Positions 1-9,422 of a stretch of DNA of 64,000 bases are shown piece by piece. Position 1 is the first letter of the stretch. The number at the start of each line of letters is the position of its first letter. The notes under the pieces are model-generated. The model saw only the letters and a list, made by a program, of their open reading frames with translations, was not told the origin of the DNA and ran no database searches. Origin of the DNA: Leucoraja ocellata (Eukaryota); contig JAWMAR010000309.1 of NCBI GenBank assembly GCA_036785375.1, forward strand, positions 1 through 64,000, in the 5' to 3' direction. The translations under genes and the position numbers were made by a program.

Positions 1-130
1 AACTGCCTAATAATCTGAGAAAACAAGTTACAACAGAGGCATGTCCCATAGATTGTGGCATTTTACAGAGAATACAATCTACTTTCAATATGTTCAAATC
101 ACTTAAAGAAAAACCTTTTCTCTTGAACAG

Positions 131-279
131 TTGGGAATTGTACAATTAGTGTTTGATTTGCTTGTTCAACCCTGCGGTTCAGAAATAAGTTATTGGACGA
201 AGAAGGCCTTTTGAGTTTTTAAAAACATGACACCACAATACATTAACGCAAATAGTGTTGTTCTACTTTCAGCTTCTGG
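131..279 (+). other. Candidate upstream (5'UTR + signal peptide) exon of the IGSF3-like gene
   Basis: Acceptor CCTTTTCTCTTGAACAG ends at 130 and a strong donor TGG|GTAAGT starts at 280, in non-repetitive sequence. The phase-1 frame reads HHNTLTQIVLFYFQLL-G, which joins exon 34672 as a signal-peptide-like LLG|LCRA-QRQV. However, the ATG at 227 is one base out of that frame. Confidence 0.4.
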
Positions 280-1785
280 GTAAGTGGAGTTTAAGTCAAT
301 ATAAAATGATTTTAAAGAAGGAAAGACAGCTCATTTTTGTCAATGGAAGATAAATTGACCTTTAGGTTATTTGTTTTAAGATGATGAGCAAAATTGCTTA
401 TGTCTTGTTAATATCTATTGATTGTAAAGGCGTCAATAATGATCGTTCCTTAAATAGAACATTTATTTGACAGATTCAGAATAGGAAATCCGTATCTCAG
501 GTACTGAAGGGTTTTGGTCGAATTGAATTATTAAAATTGATTCAACCTCCATCTCAATATATTATCCATTATATCCATTCTTTGTGTTTAAACATGTGTG
601 CTCAATCTGTCCATCTAATAGATTCAACTATTCCAGCAGTTGGAAAGAGCTTGTGGGCTTGAGTTATAGGGAGCGGTTGGATAGGCTGCGACTTTATGCT
701 TTGGAGCATAAGAGGCCGAGAGGTGACCTTATTGAGGTGTACAGGGCGGGAGGCACAGTGGTGCAGCAGTAGAGATGCTGCCTTGCAGCATTGGAGACCC
801 GGGTTGGTTTGATCCTGACTGTATCTAACTGGTGCTGTCTGTATCTAACTATGACTATTCAATGAATACTTCAATAACATTATTTCCAAATCAATATCAT
901 AAAATTGATCATCTGATTGTGAACTCAATGTGGTCTAAGACAGTACTTCTTAAACTGGTGAATGGTTCTACTAAGTTTGAATGAAATTATTTTGGGGTGA
1001 ACGAGTTAATTTATGTTTTTTACTCGTGTGACAAAATAAATTATATACAAGGGAGAATAAGACGAAAATTACCAAAAAAAACATAAGAAAGTTTACTCGA
1101 GGGTGAATGAAATTTTTGTGATAAAGACTCAAGTGAATGACACTGAAATTATTTAAGAAGCACTGGTCTAAGAGACTGGGTCTTGCATGAGTCAGTTGCT
1201 GTAGGTCCCTGCGTTCAATAGCATTCATGTTCATAATGCATTCATTCTGCAGCTTGTAAATCTGGGACTGTCCACAGATCTATTATCCTTTAACCAGAAT
1301 GCTGCTGGATTGGGAGTTATTAGCTACATGGAGAGGTTGGGCAAACTTGGATTTTTTTCTCTAGAATGTTGGAGGTTTAGAGGAGACCTGGTAAAGTATT
1401 AGATGCGTAGATATGGAGAGTCAGAACCTTTTTTCCAGGGTGGAAATGCCAAAACCTAGTTATAGATTTAACGTGAGAGAGGGAAAGTTTAATGGATTTT
1501 TTTGTTACATTGAGTGGTGGGTGCCTGTAACATGCAGCTAGAGGTGGTGGTGGAGGCAGATATTTAAGAGGCTTTTAGATAGGCACTTAGATATGCAATC
1601 CGCAAGGTTTTTCTCTGGGTGCTCCAGTTTCCTCCTACATGCCAAAGACGTGCTGGTCTGTAGGTTAATTGGCTTCTGTAAATTGTCCCTAGTGTGTAGG
1701 ATAAAACTAGTGTATGGATGATCTCTGGTCAGTGTGGACTCGGTGGGCCGGTGCCAATTTCCAAGCAGTATCTTTTAACTTAAGT

Positions 1786-2080
1786 CGGCACAGTGCCCTA
1801 GCATTTGAGCTACTGCCTTGCAGCGCCAGAGATCCTGTTTTGATCCTGACTACAGGTATTGTCTGTATGGATTTTGTACGTTCTCCCCGTGACCTGCGTG
1901 GGTTTTCACCGAGATCTTCGGTTTCCTCCCTCACGCCAAAGATGTACAGGTTTGTAAGTTAATTGAGTGGTGTAAATGTAAAATTGTCCCTCGTGTAGTG
2001 TTATTGTGCAGGGATCGCTGGTCGGTGTGGACTCGGTGGGCCGAAAGGCCTATTTCGCGCTGTATCTCCAAATTAAACTA
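1786..2080 (+). mobile_element. HE1-like V-SINE (tRNA head, V-domain, CR1-type tail)
   Basis: ggcacagtg... head, V-domain gtacgttctccccgtgacctgcgtgggtttt, tail gggccgaaaggcctatttcgcgctgtatct. Confidence 0.85.
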
Positions 2081-2926
2081 AAGTAAAAACTAAACACTCT
2101 GTGCTTTGCTCAGAGTCCGCCATCTACAAAAGCTAAAGGTTTAGGTAATGGTGTCAGCAACACTCGAGCTTGTGAAATGCTAGTGAACATGTTACTCATT
2201 GAGTCCTGATTTTCCACATACAGCCCCTTGTACCAACACCTACAGTCTTGAGGGCACGAACTTGTTAATCAAAAAATATTGTATTAGGCGTAGCCCAGCA
2301 AGATTAGACATTTTGGAATAGTGTCAAGTTCATTGCCCATATATATGGGTTAGGGTTATTATTGTGTAAGAAAGAACTGCAGATGCTGGTTTAAATCAAA
2401 GATAGACACCGAATGCTGGAGTAACTCAGCGGGTGAGGCCGCATCTCTGGAGAGAAGGAATGGGTGACGTATCGGGTCGAGACAATTCTTCAGACTATCG
2501 TCACGTGTACTTAGATATAGTGAAAAGCTTTTGTTTGCCTTCTATCCAAACAAATCGGATCACGCCATATACATGAGTACAATCAAGCCAAATGTAAATA
2601 TAACCAGCAGAGCAGAGAGAAAAATACCACAGTGCAGAATACAGTTTACAGCATTGTAACATTACTGTTACAGAGATAAATTGAGTAGCGATGAATCGGG
2701 CAGTTTCCTAGCTTATGGAAGGACCGCTCAGAAGCCTGATAATGGTGGGAAAGAAGCTGTTCCTGAGTCTGGCGGTGCTCGCTTTCAAGCTTCTGTATTT
2801 TCTGCCAGACAGGAGCAGGAGAAGGAATGACCAGGGTGGGACAAGGACAAGTCTTGGATTATGTTGGCTGCTTTCCCAAGGCAGCATGAAGAGTAAATAG
2901 TAGTGTAAATAGCTCCTTCTAAGCTT

Positions 2927-2952
2927 CCCCCCCCCCCCCCCCCCCCCCCCCC
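2927..2952. repeat. Poly-C tract
   Basis: About 26 consecutive C. Confidence 0.9.
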
Positions 2953-3484
2953 AGTCTAGTTTCAGTCAACCCACTGAGTCAAGTACTTGCGCATCTAAAC
3001 TTTATTTTGGAAAAACACAATAACAGTTCCCCACTACTATACCTAACCAACGTGGGTTCAATCCTTGTATCTGCCTGGCCAAGCCCTCTTAGCCTCGTTC
3101 ACGCAGAGACACTCCAGAAGGTCATGCAGTCCTAAGCGCTCTCCCAGAAGATCGACACAGGACATCGTGGGAGGGTCCTTTTATAGGTCCCCGAACCTTG
3201 AGGAGCCGAACCACATGGGGATGGTCTCTATACAGTCTAATAACTGATATCGATTAACACAGTAAATGATAGACATTTCCCTAACCCAATAATATAGTGA
3301 TTAATACAATGTATCTGACAAAGTTTCTAGATGCAGTTTAACAGAGATGAATTATGCAACCTATGCTTTGATATTCAAGAAACCCAGACAAGGTTCAATA
3401 CTTAACCCAATCAACATCGAGCAAAGCTTTACAACAGTATTTACAATGTGTATGCCTGGTTTGCATTCATCCAATCCGTTTCAT

Positions 3485-3879
3485 AGAAACATAGAAATTA
3501 GGTGCAGGAGTAGGCCATTCGGCCCTTCGAGCCTGCACCACCATTCAATATGATCATGGCTGATCATCCAACTCAGTATCCCGTACCTGCCTTCTCTCCA
3601 TACCCCCTGATCCCCTTAGCCACAAGGGCCACATCTAACTCCCTCTTAAATATAGCCAATGAACTGGCCTCAACTACCCTCTGTGGCAGAGAGTTCCAGA
3701 GATTCACCACTCTCTGTGTGAAAAAAGTTCTCCTCATCTCGGTTTTAAAGGATTTCCCCTTATCCTTAAGCTGTGATTCCTTGTCCTGGACTTCCCTAAC
3801 ATCGGGAACAATCTTCCTGCACCTAGCCTGTCCAACCCCTTAAGAATTTGTAAGTTTCAATAAGATCCCCTCTCAATCT
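3485..3879 (-). mobile_element. Young CR1-type LINE 3' fragment with (CTATGTTT)n tail
   Basis: Near-identical to copies at 15604, 18781, 36018, 38252 and 44825. Flanked by a 13-bp TSD caatc(c/a)gtttcat (3472-3484 and 3880-3892). Confidence 0.9.
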
Positions 3880-4658
3880 CAATCAGTTTCATGCAATTTA
3901 CACCTAATTGTCAAATCAGGTAGTGCCGCTGCCTCACAGCGCCAGACACCTGGGTTCCACCCTGACCACAATGTTGTATGTGCAGGCAGTTTGCACATCC
4001 TCTCTGTGATCACATGGGTTTTCTTCCACATCCCAAAGACGTGCGGGGTTGAAGGTTAATTGCTCTTCTGTAAATCTATCTTGTATCTTGGCAATTAAAT
4101 CTATCTTGTATCTTGTAATCACCCCCTAGTGTGCAGGGATTGGACAAGAGAGGGTGATAACATAGAACCAGCATCTGTGGAGAGAATGGGCAGGGAACGT
4201 TTTGGGTTGGGACCCTTCTTCAGACTTTATTGCAGTGATGGAGGAGAGCTGGAAAGAGAGATGGGGGTGGTACAAAACCTTCCAAGTGATAGGAAGGCAG
4301 ATGCTAATTTACAAAGAAAAGACATAAAATTGCTGGAGTAATTCAGCAGGTGTGGCAGCATCTCTGGACAACATGGATACGTCATGTTTTAGATTGAAGA
4401 AGGGTCCCGACCTGAAACATCACCTATCTATGTTCTCCAGCGACGCTGTCTGACCCGCTGAATTACTCCAGTATTTTGTGCCTTTCCTTGGTAAACCAGC
4501 ATCTGCGGTTCTTTGTTTCTACAAGTGACGAGGTGTTTGATTGGCAGATGGGTGGAGTAAGTGTCAATGGTTAGAGATGAAAAGAGGGCAAAGGGTAGAC
4601 ACAAAAAGCTGGAGTAACTCAGCGGGTCAGGCAGCATCTCTGGAGAAAGGGAATAGGT

Positions 4659-4686
4659 GACGTTTCGGGTCGAGACCCTTCTTCAG
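4659..4686 (-). ncRNA. Minimal hammerhead-ribozyme-like core in PLE-derived repeat (consensus copy)
   Basis: Reverse complement is CTGAAGA A GGGT CTCG ACCC GAAAC GTC. This gives CUGANGA, stem II, GAAA and a GUC triplet with palindromic ACGT in place of helix III. Confidence 0.55.
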
Positions 4687-5252
4687 GGGAGAGGAAGATT
4701 AGAGGTACAAAAAGGTACAGAACAAATCAGAGCCGGCACCGATGACCCAGGAAAGGTGGACACAAACAGATCAATTCAAATTGACTGAGGAAAACGTAGC
4801 AATGCCAAACGGTGTTAAATAACATTGCTAAGGTGCTGTAAGTCTGGAAACTTTTACGTGGTGTGTACAATAGATGAATAATTCCCAACAGCTAACATTA
4901 TTCGGGGTCAAGGACTCCATAAAGTTGTTTGATTCTTGGCACAGAAATTATTTAAAGTCATCACGATAATATGTAACATTTGGCAGTTTTGATAAAACCG
5001 CATGATTTATAGGTGGGCTGCTTCATGTTCAAGGATTATCTCACAGTTCTACTTGGGAGCGGCACAGTTCAAGGTTGAGGCTTGATCATTGAATATAGAA
5101 CAATGCAGGCACAGGAACCGGCCCTTCCACCCACAATGTCCCTGCTGAACATGATGCCAAATTAAACTCATCTCCTCCACCTGCATATGATCCACATCCC
5201 TCCATTCCCTCTGTCTCTCCAAAAGCCTTTTAAACACCACTATCATATCATA

Positions 5253-5737
5253 TCAAGTCAAGTCAAGTTTATTTGTCACATACACATACGAGATGTGCAG
5301 TGAAATGAAAGTGGCAATGCTCGTGGACTTTTGTGCAAAAGACAAACAACAAAACAACCAAACAAATTATAAACACAATCATAACACACATATTCTTTTA
5401 CATAATAAATAATGGAAGGAAAAACGTTCTGTAGAGTTAGTCCCTGGTGAGATAGGCGTTTACAGTCCGAATTGCCTCTGGGAAGAAACTCCTTCTCAAC
5501 CTCTCCGTTCTCACCGCATGGCAACGGAGGCGTTTGCCTGACCATAGCAGCTGGAACAGTCCGTTGCAGGGGTGGAAGGGGTCTCCCATGATTTTATTTG
5601 CTCTGGAGTTGCACCTTCTGTTGTATAGTTCCTGCAGGGAGGTGAGTGAAGTTCCCATAGTGCGTTCGGCCGAACGCGCTACTCTCTGCAGAGCCTTCTT
5701 GTCCTTGGCAGAGCAATTCCCAAACCAGATGGTAATG
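5253..5737 (-). mobile_element. Rex1/Babar-type non-LTR retrotransposon 3' end
   Basis: ORF end ITIWFGNCSAKDKKALQRVARSAER...HPCNGLFQLLWSGKRLR...RLRRSFFPEAIR, followed by an AATAAA+(CTTGA)n tail. Inserted in a CR1 remnant. Confidence 0.85.
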
Positions 5738-6638
5738 TCTGCTCCCACACCACCCCTGGCAGTGCGTTCCAAGCACCCCCTACTTTCAGATTGATGAAGA
5801 GTCTCGATCCGAAATATCACCTATTTTTTCAGGAGGGATGCTGCCTGACTTGCTGAGTTACTCCAGCACTTTGTGTCTATCTTTGATTTAAACCAGCATC
5901 TGCTGCTCTTTGTTTCTACCCACCACCTTCTGTGTGTAAAAATAAAAAAATACTTGCCTTGCAGTCTTCCTTTAAACTTTGCCCCTCTCACCTTAAAGCT
6001 ATGTGCTCTAGTCTGCAACATTTCCATCCTGAGAAAAAGGTTCTGACTGTCTACCCTATCTAAACCTCTCATAATTTTAAAGACTTCTGTTGGGTCTCCC
6101 ATCAAACTCTGCTTCGGAGAAACCAATCCTATAGAACATTTTAGCTTTCATTGGTGGTTGTCATAGTATGTAGCAAGTGTCATGGGATTTCTACTGATAA
6201 GTAATATTGTCTAAAGAAGGGTTTTGACCCGAAATGTCACCTATTCCTCTTCTCCAGAAAAGCTGCCTGACCCGCTGAGTTAGTCCAGCACTTTGTGTAT
6301 ATATTCAGTAAAAGTACTAAATCTGGAAATACTCAGCAGATCAGGCAGCATCTATGGAGAGAATGAAGCAGGGTTACTTTCCGAGTCGATGGTCTTTTAT
6401 CAGAACTGGGAATGATTCCAGATGGAGACACAAGGACCTGGAGATGGTGGAATCTTTAAACCGGGAACTCTGGTTTCCTCCCACATCCCAAAGATGTACA
6501 GGTTTGTAAGTTAATTGGCCTGGATTTAAAATAAAATGTAAATTGTCCCTAGTGTGTAGGATAGTGTTAGTGTACAGGGCGATCATTGGTTGTCGTGGAA
6601 TTGGTGGGACTCTGGCTCCAAAACAAGGAACAGGAGAT

Positions 6639-6817
6639 ACACAACAATGCTGGAGAAACTCAGCGGGTGCAGCAGCATCTATGGAGCGAAGGAAATAGGC
6701 AACGTTTCGGCCCGAAACGTTGCCTATTTCCTTCGCTCCATAGATGCTGCTGCACCCGCTGAGTTTCTCCAGCATTTTTGTGTACCTTCGATTTTCCAGC
6801 ATCTGCAGTTCCTTCTT
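6639..6817. mobile_element. Palindromic PLE-derived mini-element with 18-bp TSD
   Basis: Near-perfect fold-back centred on aacgtttcgg|cccgaaacgtt. AAACAAGGAACAGGAGAT is repeated at 6621-6638 and 6818-6835. Confidence 0.85.
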
Positions 6818-6865
6818 AAACAAGGAACAGGAGATGATGGTTTGCAACAGGGGGATGAATTGGCA

Positions 6866-7582
6866 AGCAGCTCAACATCTTCAGATAATCAGCATTTCAA
6901 TTCCACATTTTCAGTTCACGCTCCATGTTTCTATAGTAATACCAGATAATCATTCCACACCTACACCTCCTCCAGATTACACTCTATTCCCATTACCACC
7001 ACTTTTTACTTTGCACGTCAGTTTTCACTCATCATTTAAATCTCCGACCTTCCGCCCAGTCCCGTAAATTAATTTAACCTGGGAATTATGCCATCAAGTG
7101 TCGGCCAATGCCATTGGTCCCGGCGCTAAACTCAGCCTGCCCATGCAGCCCGAATTGGTGGAGTAACTCTGCAGCTCAGGCTGCATCTGTGGAGGGGATG
7201 GACAGGTGTTTGTTTCGGGACGGGACCAATGGCATTGGCCAACAATTTCCGGAAGTGGGCGGAAGGTCGGAAATTTAAACGACGAGAGTAAAATGACGTG
7301 CAAAGTGAAAGGTGATGGTAATGGGATTAGAGTGTAGTCTGGAGGAGGTGTAGGTGTGGAGTGATTATCTCGTATTACTATAGAAACATGGAGCGTCAAC
7401 TGAAAATGTGGAATTGAAATACTGATTATCTGAAGAAAGGTCTCGACCCGAAACGTCACCTATTCCTTCGCTCCATAGATGCTGCCTCACCCGCTGAGTT
7501 TCTCCAGCATTTTTGTCTACCTTCGATTTTTCCAGCATCTGCAGTTCTTTCTTGACCGATTATCTGAAAATGTTGAGCTGCT
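6866..7582. repeat. Long imperfect inverted-repeat (fold-back/MITE-like) element
   Basis: 6866-7064 is the diverged reverse complement of ~7250-7435 plus 7558-7582. Inner arms are at 7102-7122 and 7221-7240. The right arm is interrupted by a PLE mini-repeat with duplicated GATTATCTGAA. Confidence 0.8.
7430..7457 (+). ncRNA. Hammerhead-like core (sense to IGSF3)
   Basis: CTGAAGA AA GGT CTCG ACC C GAAAC GTC. Confidence 0.45.
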
Positions 7583-8149
7583 AGTCGAATCCTGGAGAGT
7601 GAGGTGTCCAGTTGGAACTTGAGATGAAGGGTCCCGACCCGTAACATCGCCGGTCCATGTTCTCCAGAGATGCTGCCTGACCTGCTGAGTTAGTTTAGTT
7701 TATTGTACAGAGAACAGTGAAAAGCCTTTGTGTTGCATGCTATGCAGGCAGCAGAAATTCTACATAATCACGCCATCCACAGTGGCGGATGGGGTGGCAC
7801 AGTGGCGCAACTGGTAGAGCTGCTGCCTCGTGGTGCGGGAGACCCAGGTTCGATTCTGACCTCGGGTGCTGTCCCCACAGCCATCAGGCTATTAAACTTA
7901 ATGCATTTCGTTGTCTCTGTACTGTACACTGACAATGACAATTAAAATTGAATCTGAATCTGAATCACAGTGTACAGATAAAGGGTATGGCGTTCTGTTC
8001 AGCAAAGTTACTCGAGCACTTTGTCTTTTTGGTAATACAGCATTTGCAAGGTTTCAAGGTCAGTTTATTGTCACATGTACCAATTAAGGTACAGTGAAAT
8101 TCAAATTACCTTTGCAGTTCCTTGTGTCTACATTTTGCTGTTAGACTTG

Positions 8150-8428
8150 AGACTTTAGAGATACTGTGTGGAACGGCCCTTTGGCCCAACAAGTCCATGC
8201 TGACCAGCGATCACCCGTAGACTAACCCTATCCTACATACGAGGGACAATTTACAACTTAATGAAACCAATTAACCTACAAATCTGTACTTTGAGTGTGG
8301 GAGGAAATTGGAGCACCCGGAGAAAACTTACGCTGGCAAAGGGAAAACATGCAAACTCTGTACAGACAGCACCCGAGGATTGAACCTGGGTCTGTGGTGC
8401 TGCAAGGCTGCATCTCTACCACTGTGCC
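8150..8428 (-). mobile_element. HE1-like V-SINE
   Basis: Reverse-complement V-domain (gtgggaggaaattggagcacccggagaaaac) and CR1-type tail. Confidence 0.8.
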
Positions 8429-8699
8429 CTTCCTCAAGCTTCATTTGGGATGCTGAGTATAAAAAAACATAGAACACAGAACAGGAACAGGCCCTTGGGC
8501 CACAATATATGTGCTAAATATGATGCCAAGAGCTGCCTGCACTTGCTCCATGTCTCTCCACTCCCTGCATAGCCATGTGCCCATCCAAAGGTGTATTAAA
8601 TGCCGCTATCATATGCATTTATTTTATTTATTTTTTTTGCTAACTGTCACTTAAAATTCTGACTGTCTACCCTACCTGTATGTCTTATATTTTATAAAC

Positions 8700-9225
8700 C
8701 TTTGCAGAGAGTTGTAGATGTAGCCCAGTCCATCACATTGAGCAAACTCCCCACCATTGACTCTATGACTCCATCCACACAACACTGCTTTGGAAAAACA
8801 GCCAACATAATCCAAGACTTATCCCACCCCTGGTCATTCTTTCTCCCCACAAGCGTCAGGCAGAAGGTGTAGATGCTTGAAAGCGTGCACCACCAGACTA
8901 AGGAACAGCTTCTTCCCCTCAGCTATCAGGCTTCTGAACAATCCTTCCATAAGCTCGGGTACTGTTCTTTTCAACTCCACCCCATTGCGGACATTGGACT
9001 CTGTCTCTGGAACTGATGCGCTACAATGCTGAGAACTACATTCTGCACTCTGTACCTTCCCCTTTGCTCTACTTATTGTGCTTGAGCTTGACCTGATTGT
9101 GTATGGTATTATCTGTCTTTTTGGATAGCATGCAAAACAAAATGTTGTATTGTCTTTCCGCTGACTGGTTAGCATGCAACAAAAGCTTTTCACCGTACCT
9201 CGGTACATGTGACAATAATAAATCT
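8700..9225 (+). mobile_element. Rex1/Babar-type 3' remnant with 3'UTR
   Basis: Decayed RLRNSFFPSAIRLLN motif (aggaacagcttcttcccctcagctatcaggcttctgaac) followed by a tail gtacctcggtacatgtgacaataataaa. Confidence 0.7.
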
Positions 9226-9280
9226 AATCCTAAATATATCTCCATCAGGCAACAGAATTTCATGCTGAGACATATGACAA

Positions 9281-9422
9281 CTGATGTGTAGGAAGAAACC
9301 ACAGATGCTGGTATCGACAAAAAATGCTGGAGTAACTCAGCTCTCGACCCAAAACATCACCTATTCCTTTTCTCCAGAGATGCTGCCTGACCCATTGAGT
9401 TACTCCAGCTTTTTGTGTCTAT
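9281..9422. mobile_element. PLE-derived fold-back mini-element with 10-bp TSD
   Basis: gctggagtaactca / tgagttactccagc inverted arms. CATATGACAA is at 9271-9280 and 9423-9432. Confidence 0.75.

Larger units (their letters stand above)
2904..3902 (-). mobile_element. Candidate solo LTR interrupted by a CR1 insertion
   Basis: Ends TGTAAAT...ATTTACA (7-bp inverted termini). On the minus strand TATAAAAG (~3178-3185) precedes AATAAA (3001-3006). No TSD was found. Confidence 0.45.

Noticed and set aside
4300-4700. CRISPR-like or prokaryotic repeat system
   Set aside because: The repeats are dispersed, variably oriented eukaryotic retroelement fragments with no regular repeat-spacer periodicity or cas-like ORFs.
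6374-6949. Overlapping antisense ORFs with identical peptide
   Set aside because: This is an artefact of the palindromic PLE mini-element.
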